Below the pieces are notes generated by a model, which was not told the DNA's origin, ran no database searches, and saw only the letters and a list, made by a program, of their open reading frames with translations. Of a stretch of 64,000 bases of DNA, positions 33,389-42,441 are shown in pieces. Where the stretch lies: positions 15,501-79,500 of the forward strand of contig CAVUVW010000012.1 in the NCBI GenBank assembly GCA_963745035.1, given 5' to 3'. The stretch comes from an uncultured delta proteobacterium. Its GTDB lineage: Bacteria > Desulfobacterota > Binatia > UBA9968. The first letter of the stretch is position 1; every line of letters starts with the position of its first letter. A program made the position numbers and the translations under genes.

Positions 33389-33403
33389 TGGCACATCGGT
33401 TGC
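33389..33403 (+). promoter_or_regulatory. sigma54 promoter of the PsiE-like gene
   Basis: TGGCAC-ATCGG-TTGC, exact consensus. Confidence 0.82.
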
Positions 33404-33945
33404 GTTTCACTTCTGCGCGTTGCGCGGTTAGCGGCTCCATCGCTCCGCCCCGGAGAAAGGCCATCGCTTCCAAAGTCTCACTGCGTGACTGGCTGTCCAC
33501 GTTTTTCGATCTCGTCGAAGACGTTATCTATGTCGGCCTCGGCTTCCTGCTCGCCGCCGTCGCCGTGGCGCTCCTCGTCGCGGAGTTCGCGTTCTTCGCT
33601 CAGTATCTCTTTGGCGGAGTTCTCTCCGAAAACATCGTGATGTTGCTCGACCGGATCCTGCTGATTATTATTTTCGCGGAGGTTCTCTACACGGTCCAGG
33701 TTTCATTCCGCCAGCGCATCTTGCAACCCGGCCCATTCCTGGTGGTGAGCTTGATCGCGGTCACACGGCGCATTCTGGTGCTCACCGCCGAGCTGCCGAA
33801 GATGGTCAAGGAGAGCGGACAGTTATTCTACAATGCCATGATCGAGCTCGGACTGCTGACGATTCTGATCCTGGTTCTGGTCATCTCGCTTTACTATTTG
33901 CGGCCGGGCGATCCCAACTCCGCCGCGGAAGTGAAGAAGAATTAA
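33400..33945 (+). CDS. PsiE-family membrane protein (true start probably about 33460)
   Basis: Four TM segments; LDRILL..AEVLYTV, FLVVSLIAVTRRILV. Confidence 0.85.
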   Translation: MRFTSARCAVSGSIAPPRRKAIASKVSLRDWLSTFFDLVEDVIYVGLGFLLAAVAVALLVAEFAFFAQYLFGGVLSENIVMLLDRILLIIIFAEVLYTVQVSFRQRILQPGPFLVVSLIAVTRRILVLTAELPKMVKESGQLFYNAMIELGLLTILILVLVISLYYLRPGDPNSAAEVKKN

Positions 33946-34080
33946 TCGCTGGCTCCTGCCCAACACGCTCTCGACCTCCGGTCGCACATACTCGCGAAAA
34001 GCGAGAACAAACCTGGTCCGCGGGGAATGACAAATCAGCGCAAGCGCACGGTACGAAAACCTTCGCGCGCTTTGGGGACG

Positions 34081-34254
34081 TCAGTGCTTCAAAATCACGT
34101 ACAAGGCATGCACGATGCCGGGGACATAACCGAGCAGCGTGAGAACGATATTCAACCAGAAATGACCGGTCAGGCCGACTTCGAGGAAAGTGCCGACAGG
34201 AGGCAAGAGAACGGCGAAAATGATTTTGATCGGATCAGTGGCGGTGACGGCCAT
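34081..34254 (-). CDS. YqaE/Pmp3-family membrane peptide
   Basis: AVLLPPVG, FWLNIVLTLLGYVPGIVHA. Confidence 0.92.
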   Translation of the reverse strand: MAVTATDPIKIIFAVLLPPVGTFLEVGLTGHFWLNIVLTLLGYVPGIVHALYVILKH

Positions 34255-34331
34255 ACTCCAACTCTCCGCGACGATCGGCAGCCCTGAGGCTGCCGTCATC
34301 GCAGCCATTTTTCTTTTTACTGAAAGTCCGT

Positions 34332-34370
34332 GACGTGGTGAGCAGCGACAGGATCGCCGCTCACCACGTC
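34332..34370. terminator. GC-rich hairpin
   Basis: GACGTGGTGAGC..GCTCACCACGTC. Confidence 0.5.
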
Positions 34371-34386
34371 GGTGCGGTCGGCTGCG

Positions 34387-34857
34387 CTAAAGCAGCGTGT
34401 TCCAAGCTAACAAACCCAGGCCGGTAAGTTCCACGAGCACGCCCATCGGACTGGTGGCAAACTTCCAAGCCAGGATCAGCGGCATGGACTTTTTGATCGC
34501 TTCGAAGGGAATCAGCTTTTCCATGCCCCAGCGCGCGATCAAGAAGCGCTCTTGGCCGAGCACGCCGACGGCGATCGGGTCTTTTTCAATCTGGTTCTTG
34601 CGCCAGATCTCGACCTTGTCGAAATGCCTGGTGGCCTTCTGCACTTCGACCGCCACCTGGAGCGGTATGCCTTCATCCAACGATGTCGCGCTGAGCTTGG
34701 ATGCGGCGATTTTATCCAAGTTATGCGAGCGGACCGGGAGAAATGTGGTCCAGACGCGCCAGTCTTCAGCGGAGATGCGCGGATACGGGACCGGCGTGGC
34801 TTCGCCTCCCGCCATGATCGATTCGGCGTTCTCACGGCGATAATTCTCTACGAACAT
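34387..34857 (-). CDS. Hypothetical protein with C-terminal hydrophobic segment
   Basis: AAGGAGG RBS; KDPIAVG..FLIARWG. Confidence 0.75.
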   Translation of the reverse strand: MFVENYRRENAESIMAGGEATPVPYPRISAEDWRVWTTFLPVRSHNLDKIAASKLSATSLDEGIPLQVAVEVQKATRHFDKVEIWRKNQIEKDPIAVGVLGQERFLIARWGMEKLIPFEAIKKSMPLILAWKFATSPMGVLVELTGLGLLAWNTLL

Positions 34858-34963
34858 AGTTGGTCCTCCTTTTTCGTATTTTCAAACCAGTGGAACTGAA
34901 GCTCCTTGCGTTGTTCTCGAACAGCGCTTCTCTTGGCCCGACACTACGCGCCGCCGTCGCGGG

Positions 34964-35506
34964 CTACTTCTTCGAGCCCTCCACCGCCGCGCACGCGATG
35001 CGATCTCCGGAATCGCCCGCCGGATCGCTCCTGTAGTCGTCGGCTCCTTGGTGAATCACGAGCGCAAAGCCGTCGGCGTCGATGAGGCTCGTCTTGCCGC
35101 CCGACAGACTCAGTTGAGGGATCACCATCTCGACGGTCAATGGGCTGTTTTCCGGCACGTGAATATTCGGCAGATCGCCCACGTGGGCGCCCTGCTTGTC
35201 GAGAAAGCCGTGCTTTTTCTTCGTGGGGTTCCAGTGCGCGCCGGCGGATTTGAAAGGCGGCGCGCATTCGCCGACCTCGTGGATGTGAAAGGCGTGAGCG
35301 CCGGCCGCGATCTTTGCCGGGTGGCGCTGAAGCTGAAGACGAATCAACACGCCGCTCGAGCTTTCGGTTACGGTCGCTTCACCGATCTCTTGGCCGTCGC
35401 TGTTGATTATTTTTGTTTTCTTGCCGCCGAACTCTGCCGCAAAGTTTGCATCCGGCGTGGCTGCGAGCGCCCAGACTGCCATCATCGCCATGATGAAACC
35501 GCGCAT
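34964..35506 (-). CDS. sodC: Periplasmic Cu/Zn superoxide dismutase
   Basis: Signal peptide; HAFHIHE, SAGAHWNP, HVGDLPNI, IHQGADDY, GDRIAC. Confidence 0.93.
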   Translation of the reverse strand: MRGFIMAMMAVWALAATPDANFAAEFGGKKTKIINSDGQEIGEATVTESSSGVLIRLQLQRHPAKIAAGAHAFHIHEVGECAPPFKSAGAHWNPTKKKHGFLDKQGAHVGDLPNIHVPENSPLTVEMVIPQLSLSGGKTSLIDADGFALVIHQGADDYRSDPAGDSGDRIACAAVEGSKK

Positions 35507-35551
35507 GCAGCACTCTCCGTCGTTCTGGCCTCAGATCACTGCAATTAAGTC

Positions 35552-35566
35552 GCAACTTACATGCCC
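35552..35566 (-). promoter_or_regulatory. sigma54 promoter of sodC
   Basis: GGGCAT-GTAAG-TTGC. Confidence 0.65.
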
Positions 35567-35879
35567 GATTGGCTGCCTGGGTCGAACGGCGCAGCCGCTG
35601 TTTCTGTGCCAGACGCGCAACAAGCATCCCGCCTACAATCTCACTTGTGGGATGCGCTAATCCGCTGTCTGCTTGCGCGCAAAGGACGTCTTCTGGCGCG
35701 GATAAACGCGAGCCTGCAGCCAGGCGCGCGTTTATTGACCCCCGTGGATTATTGACTACGCAAGCGACTCGCATGCCTCGAACGCACGCCCCCGTTGCCG
35801 CTGGCTCGCAACTTGCTCACTTACACGCCTGAGCTTTGCGCGCATCATTATGTTTTTTCATCACTTTTGGCTGCTTTCC

Positions 35880-35921
35880 TTGACAACTCCTAGTTCGATT
35901 CCTAACTTCTAAGAGTGCCAA
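35880..35921 (+). promoter_or_regulatory. sigma70-type promoter with CIRCE-like half-site
   Basis: TTGACA-N17-TAACTT followed by GAGTGCCAA. Confidence 0.55.
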
Positions 35922-35949
35922 ATTCTATTTTGACGAATTGAGGACCTCC

Positions 35950-36381
35950 ATGTCATCCCAAGATTGGGAGCTGTTAGCTTGGCAGCGTGCCAACGCGCTC
36001 CTCCGCCAGGCTGAGCGATTTCAGCGGAATTTCATCCAGATCGCCGTCAACTCGCAATATCGCGCTTCGCACGGCCGAAGCTCGTCTTGGGAGCCGCCCG
36101 TAAATATCGTTGAAACCGAGGACGTCCTTTGGGTCATCGTCGCCGTGCCGGGGGTGGAGGCGAACGGCATCGAGGTTCGGGTTCATGAAAATCATCTGGC
36201 GGTCTCGGGAGATCGGCCGCTGCCGCCATGCTGCGCGGACGGCGAGCTGAAAGTCTGGGAGATTCCGCTCGGGCGCTTCGAACGGGTGGTCGGACCTTTT
36301 GCGACCGGATATTCCCTGACGCTTGAAAAAACCACCCTTCAGAACGGTCTACTGATCATCGAGCTGAGAAAAAAACTATGA
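35950..36381 (+). CDS. Hsp20/alpha-crystallin protein
   Basis: WEPPVNIVET, VPGV, EIPLGRFER, NGLLIIEL. Confidence 0.9.
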   Translation: MSSQDWELLAWQRANALLRQAERFQRNFIQIAVNSQYRASHGRSSSWEPPVNIVETEDVLWVIVAVPGVEANGIEVRVHENHLAVSGDRPLPPCCADGELKVWEIPLGRFERVVGPFATGYSLTLEKTTLQNGLLIIELRKKL

Positions 36382-38798
36382 CAGCCCAAGAACAAAAAAA
36401 CGAACAAGAGACGACCAAGCCCACTCGCCGCATCAATGTTCCCGCTGGAGCGCTGTTGATCCTGCCGCTGCGCCAGGCGGTGCTGTTTCCGTCAACGGTG
36501 ATGCCGCTGGTCGTCGGCCGCCCGACGAGCCTGCAAATCATCGAGGAGGCCGTGCGCCGGCAAATTCAGGTGGGCTTTATCGCCCAGCGCGATCCGGCTG
36601 CTGAGCAGCCCCAGCCGGCACAGCTCTATTCGGTCGGCACCGCCGCCGACGTGCTGCGCATATACAATCTGCCCGACGGCCAGCGCCAGATCATCGTCCA
36701 GGGCCGGCAGCGCTTCGAGATCGCGGAATTTATCGAGACCGATCCGTATTTGGTCGCCCGGGTCACCATGGTCGCGGAGAACGCGCCGCGCTCCGAGGAG
36801 TTTCAGGCACGCATTCTCAACTTGCGCCAGGAAGCGGGCCGGGCGCTGACTCTTCTCCCCGAGCCGATGATGGAGCTCAAGACCGCCATCGAGCGCATCG
36901 ATAATCCGCTCGCGCTGATCGACATCATCGCCAGCACTATGGATTTGAGCCTCGAAGAGAAGCAGGAATTGCTCGAGACGTTCGATCCCGAGCAGCGCTC
37001 GCAGAAAGTCTCCGAAAGGCTCGCGCGCCAAATTTCGCTGCTCGAGCTCAGCAAAAAGATCGGCGAAGAGACCAAGGGCTCCCTCGACAAAGCGCAGCGC
37101 CAGTATTTCCTGCGCGAGCAGTTGAAGGCGATCCAGAAAGAGCTCGGCGAGGACGGCGGCGAGAACGCCGAAGTTGAGGAGCTGCGCAAGAAAATCCAGG
37201 ACGCCAAAATGCCGGCGCAGGTGGAGACCGAAGTCTTGCGCGAGCTCAGCCGCTTCGAGCGCATGCCCGAGATGGCGGCGGAGCGCTCGATGATCCGCAC
37301 CTATCTCGACTGGATGGCGGAGCTGCCCTGGAGCGTCAGCAGCGAGGAGCAGATCGATCTGCCGCGGGCGCGCGAGATCCTCGATGCCGATCACTACGAT
37401 CTGGAAAAAATCAAAAAGCGCATCGTCGAGTTCCTTGCCGTGCGCAAGCTCAATCCGCAGGGCAAGAGTCCGATCCTGTGCTTCGTCGGCCCTCCGGGCG
37501 TGGGCAAGACCTCGCTCGGCCAGAGCATCGCGCGCGCCATGAACCGCAAGTTTGTCCGCCAAAGTCTCGGCGGCGTGCACGACGAGGCCGACATCCGCGG
37601 TCACCGGCGCACTTACATCGGCTCTCTGCCGGGAAACATCATCCAGGGAATTCGCAAGGCGGGCGCCAACAATCCGGTGTTCATGCTCGACGAGATCGAC
37701 AAGCTCGGCGCAAGCTTTCACGGCGACCCGTCGGCGGCGCTGCTCGAAGTCCTGGATCCGGCGCAGAACACGTCGTTTCAAGACCATTATCTCGGCGTCG
37801 ATTTTGATCTGAGCAAAGTGATGTTCATCGCCACCGCCAACGTGCTCGACACCATCCCCGGGCCGCTGCGCGACCGCATGGAGATTTTGCAGCTCTCCGG
37901 CTACATCGAGGAGGATAAGCTGGCGATCGCGACCAATTATTTGGTTCCCCGGCAGGTCGCCGAGAATGGATTGAAGGAAGAGCAGATTTCCTTCGAGCCC
38001 GAGGCGATTCGCGAGATCATCCGGGGCTATACCCGCGAGGCCGGGGTGCGCCAACTCGAACGCGAGATCGGCTCGGTATGCCGCGGCGTTGCCACCCGGG
38101 TAGCCGAAGGGCACGGCGAAAAAGTCGTCGTTCGGAAAGACGCGGTGCGCGACTATCTCGGACCGGCCAAGTTTTTCAATGAAGTGGCGCTGCGCACGAG
38201 CTTGCCCGGCGTGGCCACCGGACTGGCATGGACGCCGGTGGGCGGCGACATTCTATTCATCGAAGCGACCAAGATGGACGGCGAGGGAAGGCTCCAGCTC
38301 ACCGGCCAATTGGGCGAGGTCATGAAAGAAAGCGCGCAGGCGGCGCACAGCCTGGTGAAAGCGCGCGCCGCTTCGCTCGGCATCGCCGCCAACCTGCTGC
38401 GCAAGCAGGATATTCACGTGCATATTCCCGCAGGAGCGATTCCCAAGGACGGGCCGAGCGCCGGGGTTACCTTGTTCACCGCGCTGGTATCGCTGCTACT
38501 CGGCGAGCGCGTGCGCAACGACGTTGCCATGACCGGGGAGATCAGTCTCCGCGGTCTGGTGCTGCCGGTCGGCGGCATCAAGGAAAAAGTGCTGGCGGCC
38601 AAGCGCGCCGGCATCACCACCGTGCTGCTGCCGGCGCTCAATCAGCGCGACCTGGAAGATATTCCCCCGTCAGCCACCGACGGCATTCGCTTCGAGTTTC
38701 TCAACACCGTCGATGAGGCACTGGAGCACGCCCTCGAGCGCCAGGCGCCCGCGCGCCATCGCGACGACAGGACGGAAATCCAACCGAGCGCGAGCTGA
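36378..38798 (+). CDS. lon: Lon protease
   Basis: [28 protein letters not shown]; ATGA overlap with hsp20. Confidence 0.97.
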   Translation: MTAQEQKNEQETTKPTRRINVPAGALLILPLRQAVLFPSTVMPLVVGRPTSLQIIEEAVRRQIQVGFIAQRDPAAEQPQPAQLYSVGTAADVLRIYNLPDGQRQIIVQGRQRFEIAEFIETDPYLVARVTMVAENAPRSEEFQARILNLRQEAGRALTLLPEPMMELKTAIERIDNPLALIDIIASTMDLSLEEKQELLETFDPEQRSQKVSERLARQISLLELSKKIGEETKGSLDKAQRQYFLREQLKAIQKELGEDGGENAEVEELRKKIQDAKMPAQVETEVLRELSRFERMPEMAAERSMIRTYLDWMAELPWSVSSEEQIDLPRAREILDADHYDLEKIKKRIVEFLAVRKLNPQGKSPILCFVGPPGVGKTSLGQSIARAMNRKFVRQSLGGVHDEADIRGHRRTYIGSLPGNIIQGIRKAGANNPVFMLDEIDKLGASFHGDPSAALLEVLDPAQNTSFQDHYLGVDFDLSKVMFIATANVLDTIPGPLRDRMEILQLSGYIEEDKLAIATNYLVPRQVAENGLKEEQISFEPEAIREIIRGYTREAGVRQLEREIGSVCRGVATRVAEGHGEKVVVRKDAVRDYLGPAKFFNEVALRTSLPGVATGLAWTPVGGDILFIEATKMDGEGRLQLTGQLGEVMKESAQAAHSLVKARAASLGIAANLLRKQDIHVHIPAGAIPKDGPSAGVTLFTALVSLLLGERVRNDVAMTGEISLRGLVLPVGGIKEKVLAAKRAGITTVLLPALNQRDLEDIPPSATDGIRFEFLNTVDEALEHALERQAPARHRDDRTEIQPSAS

Positions 38799-38834
38799 AT
38801 GCCGCCGCTCTCTCTCACACCACAGATCAACCTC

Positions 38835-38864
38835 GTAGGGGGCGGGTTTGAAACCCGCCCCTAC
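38835..38864. repeat. GTAG-family REP palindrome
   Basis: GTAGGGGGCGGGTTTGAAACCCGCCCCTAC between convergent genes. Confidence 0.75.
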
Positions 38865-38912
38865 TCTTCGTAGCTCCGTTAATTCACCGCGCGCGAAAAT
38901 GTCGGAAGCAGC

Positions 38913-39245
38913 CTACCAGCGCCGGCGCTCGTTGCGCCAGTTGCCGTCGCGCCGGTCGGCGGCACCGCGATGATCGACTTCGAGGGGCGGCCGGCGCTCT
39001 TGCGGACGCGCTTCGTTTACCGTCAGGCTGCGCCCGTCCAACTGGCTGCCGTTCAGCGCCTGAATGGCTGCTTGTGCCTCGCTGCTGGAGCTCATCTCGA
39101 CAAAGCCGAAGCCCTTGGAACGGCCGGTGAGCCTGTCGGTGATGATTCTCGCCGACGCCACCGTGCCGTACTGCGAGAAGATTTCCTCCAATTTGGCGTC
39201 GGTGGTCGCGTAGGGCAAGCTGCCGACGTAAACTCGATTCGTCAT
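38913..39245 (-). CDS. RRM RNA-binding protein
   Basis: RNP2 VYVGSL, RNP1 KGFGFVEM, LTVNEARP. Confidence 0.95.
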   Translation of the reverse strand: MTNRVYVGSLPYATTDAKLEEIFSQYGTVASARIITDRLTGRSKGFGFVEMSSSSEAQAAIQALNGSQLDGRSLTVNEARPQERRPPLEVDHRGAADRRDGNWRNERRRW

Positions 39246-39499
39246 GTTCTTCCTCCTCCACGTGAGAATAAATTTTCCCTGCTGTTTCTTAGGAATCCGA
39301 GAAATTTTTCGGTTGTTGCGGCGTTTCTCCCGCCGTCGCCGGGCCGCAGGTGAAGGCCGAGAAACACGCGCAGGAATAGACGGGTGTGCGCGCGCATAGG
39401 TCGAGCCGGAGCCGCGTCAGAGATCATCTTGCTTGAAAATAAACTTGCGCGCGGCGCGCCGGACCATTCACGGCACCGCAATGCGCCAGCGCGGGCGGC

Positions 39500-39745
39500 C
39501 TGCTGTAGGACGGGAACTGCACGAGCATCTCTCGGCGGCTCGTTCTCTTCTCGCTTGCCGCTCCAGGATAAAGATGAGGAGCATAGCGCGTGATCGTCTG
39601 GGTGGGATACATCGGGTGCTGAGGTTTAGAATCGGAGAGCAAACCCAGCAAGGAGCAGGCCAAACTCTGTTCGGTAGCCCCGAGCGCGGACGCTTGGATC
39701 AACGCGATGGCGAGCGCGCCCAACCCAGTCCTGGCGCTCTCATAA
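39500..39745 (-). ncRNA. Putative orphan IS110-type non-coding left end (bridge/seekRNA-like)
   Basis: Minus-strand blocks GAGAGCGCCAGGACT, GTTGATCCAAGCG, CTACCGAACAGAGTTTGGCC, CTATGCTCCTCA and CCGCCGAGAG, recalled as typical of IS110 5' regions. No transposase follows. Not verified. Confidence 0.45.
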
Positions 39746-39871
39746 GCAGCGGGCGCGTGCTCGTCGGCCGGCCCGCGCGTGGTCGATCAACGCTCGGCCC
39801 ATTTGTCCCAACTCTGCAACAGCAGACCTTCGCCCTGTGACACGGACAAGACAATATACCGCGCCCTTTGG

Positions 39872-41668
39872 TTAGCTATGACGTCGATCGCTCGCCGGCC
39901 CGCGGACGGCGGAAAGATTGAAAGCGGTATTGACTAGAGCGATATGGCTAAACGCCTGCGGAAAGTTTCCGAGCAGCCGTTTGGCCGCAGGGTCGTACTC
40001 TTCGGCAAGCAGACCGACATCGTTGCGCAGGCTAAGCAAGCGCTCGAACAGCGCGACAGCGTCTTGGCGGCGGCCCAAGAGCGCGAAGTTGTCGGCGAGC
40101 CAAAAAGTGCAAGCGAGAAAGGCGGCCTCGCCGGGCGGCAAGCCGTCGGTTTCCGGTTTGGTGCGATAGCGCAGCACGAAGCAGTCGGCCAGCAGATCGC
40201 GCTCCACGGCGGCCACCGTGCCTTGAACGCGCGGATCGTCTGGCGGTAAAAAGCCGACCAGGGGAATCATCAGCAGGCTGGCATCGAGCTCCTTGCCGCC
40301 GTAGTACTGCACAAAGCTCTGGCGATCGCGATCGAAACCCGCGCTGCAAACCTCCTGATGAATCGCTTCGCGCAGCTTGCGCCAGCGTTCGACCGGACCC
40401 TGCAAACCAAACTGCTCCACCGCCTTGACCATGCGATCCAGCGCTACCCAAGCCATGATTTTCGAGTGAGTAAAGTGGCGCTTGGGTCCGCGCATTTCCC
40501 AGATGCCGTTGTCCGGTTCGTGCCAAACCGACTCGAGGTACTCGGTGAGCGCCCGCTCGACCCGCCAGGCGTTGTCGTCCGGCGCCAATCCGCTGCGCCG
40601 CGCCAGATGCATCGCGTCCATCAGCTCGCCGTACACGTCGAGCTGGAACTGCTCGCTGGCGGCGTTGCCGATGCGCACGGGCGCGGAATTCTCGTAACCC
40701 GGCAGCCAGCCGAGCACGAGCTCCGTGAGCCTGCGCTCGCCGGACAAGCCATACATGAGGTTGAGCTGCGACGGTTTGCCGGCCACCGCGCGCAGCAGCC
40801 ACTCGCGCCAGGCGCACGCCTCGTCCAAGTAGCCGCCGAGCAGCAAAGCGTAAAGCGTGAAAGTCGCGTCGCGCACCCAACAGTAGCGGTAGTCCCAATT
40901 TCTCACCCCGCCCACCCACTCGGGCAGCGAGGTCGTCGGCGCAGCGACGATGCCGCCGGTCGGAGCGTAAGTGAGCGCTTTGAGCACGATCAGCGACTGC
41001 ACGACCGCTTCGCGCCAAGGTCCCTCGTAGGTGCAGCGATCGGACCACTTGCGCCACCACTGCTCGGTTTGCGCCACGGTTTTCTCGGCGTCGACGAACT
41101 GAGGCGCCGGCTCGTGAGAGCGATGCCACATCAGCACAAAGGGCATGGTCTCGCCCGCGCATACCGTAAATTCCGCCGAGGTGACAAAGTTTTCGTTGCG
41201 CAGCTCCACGCCGCTTTGCAGCATCAGCGTGTCCGGGCCCGCGACGGCGCGGATGCCGTAGCTGGCGCGGCGCACCCAGGGAATGATCGAGCCGTAGTCA
41301 AAGCGGACGATCAGCTCCATGCGCATCCGCACCCGGCCGCGGACGCCGACGACGAGACGCACCAGATCCGGCTCTCCGCTGCGCGGCGGCATGCAATCGA
41401 TCAGCTTGACCGCGCCCTCCGCGGTCGTGAACTCCGTTTCCAGCACCAAGGTGCCGTCGCGATAGCGGCGCCGAGCTTGCCGGATCTCGCCCGCCGGCGC
41501 GATGAGCCAGCGCCCGTGCTCCTCGTTGCCCAAAAGCGCCGCGAAGCAGGCAGGGGAGTCGAAACGCGGGAAGCACAACCAATCGATGGAGCCGCCGCGG
41601 GAGACCAGCGCCGCCGTATGGCAGTCGCCGATGATGGCATAGTCTTCGATGCGCGCCGGCGTGTACAT
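39872..41668 (-). CDS. Glycoside hydrolase family 15 (trehalase/glucoamylase-like)
   Basis: IEDYAIIGD, AAPTTSLPE, WDYRYCWVRD, QLDVYGE, GNFPQAFSH. Confidence 0.95.
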   Translation of the reverse strand: MYTPARIEDYAIIGDCHTAALVSRGGSIDWLCFPRFDSPACFAALLGNEEHGRWLIAPAGEIRQARRRYRDGTLVLETEFTTAEGAVKLIDCMPPRSGEPDLVRLVVGVRGRVRMRMELIVRFDYGSIIPWVRRASYGIRAVAGPDTLMLQSGVELRNENFVTSAEFTVCAGETMPFVLMWHRSHEPAPQFVDAEKTVAQTEQWWRKWSDRCTYEGPWREAVVQSLIVLKALTYAPTGGIVAAPTTSLPEWVGGVRNWDYRYCWVRDATFTLYALLLGGYLDEACAWREWLLRAVAGKPSQLNLMYGLSGERRLTELVLGWLPGYENSAPVRIGNAASEQFQLDVYGELMDAMHLARRSGLAPDDNAWRVERALTEYLESVWHEPDNGIWEMRGPKRHFTHSKIMAWVALDRMVKAVEQFGLQGPVERWRKLREAIHQEVCSAGFDRDRQSFVQYYGGKELDASLLMIPLVGFLPPDDPRVQGTVAAVERDLLADCFVLRYRTKPETDGLPPGEAAFLACTFWLADNFALLGRRQDAVALFERLLSLRNDVGLLAEEYDPAAKRLLGNFPQAFSHIALVNTAFNLSAVRGPASDRRHS

Positions 41669-41811
41669 GACCCTCTCGAGAAAATCGGACTCCTACCTCG
41701 GTCTGGACCGCAGCGTTCCCCGAGAACCATCGGGAGACGGTCCACCATTCAGCCGTGAAAACGTTTTCACACTGGAAATTCAAGGAAGACTAAAACGTCG
41801 TTCGACCATGC

Positions 41812-42192
41812 TCACGGTTTTTCCGCGGTAAGAATGAACTTGTCGATGATCTCTTTCATCGCGCTGAAATGAATCGGTTTTTGCAGATATTCCACCATGC
41901 CCGCCCGGAGCGCCTCGTCCCTCCACTCCCGGCCGCTCGAAGCGCTGCAGGCAACGATCGGGATGTGCGCGATCGCTTTTGTGGCCTTCATTTTTTTCGC
42001 CACATCGAGGCCTCTGATGTCGGGTAGATCGAGGTCCAGCAGAATAAGACTCGGCTTTGCGCCGAGCGCCTGGCGGATCGCCTCGCCACCGGTCCCCGCT
42101 TCGACGGTTTCATAGCCGGAAAAACGCAAGATCGAGGCAAGAATGTCCCGTAGGTGATCGTTGTCGTCGACGATGAGAACCGTCTTTGCCAT
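41812..42192 (-). CDS. Single-domain response regulator
   Basis: LIVDDN, LILLDLDLP, SA, YLQKP. Confidence 0.92.
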   Translation of the reverse strand: MAKTVLIVDDNDHLRDILASILRFSGYETVEAGTGGEAIRQALGAKPSLILLDLDLPDIRGLDVAKKMKATKAIAHIPIVACSASSGREWRDEALRAGMVEYLQKPIHFSAMKEIIDKFILTAEKP

Positions 42193-42441
42193 CGAATCAG
42201 AACTCCGCGCCGCGAAATTATTGAAACATGCGCGCGAGCCAAAAGAAACGGGTCCACACAAAAACCGCTAGGCGCGAGCAAAACTCCGCGATCGATGATT
42301 AAAAATGATTGCCCGCCGCGCGGCGCAATCCCTGCGGCGGGCGAAAATGGACTGCACGGCACAATTGATTTGCGCGGCTGAGACGCAGATCGTGAAAGTG
42401 CCGGCTTTTCCCGCGAGGTTTGCCGTCTATCTGCCGATGCC

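Noticed and set aside
35570-35870. Riboswitch upstream of sodC/hsp20
   Set aside because: Hairpins and a TTATTGAC duplicate are present but no recognisable aptamer core.
35895-35921. Full CIRCE operator
   Set aside because: Left half does not match TTAGCACTC.
36492-38114. Long antisense ORFs (also 40358..41758, 42670..43887, 20184..21107)
   Set aside because: Shadows of high-GC genes on the opposite strand.
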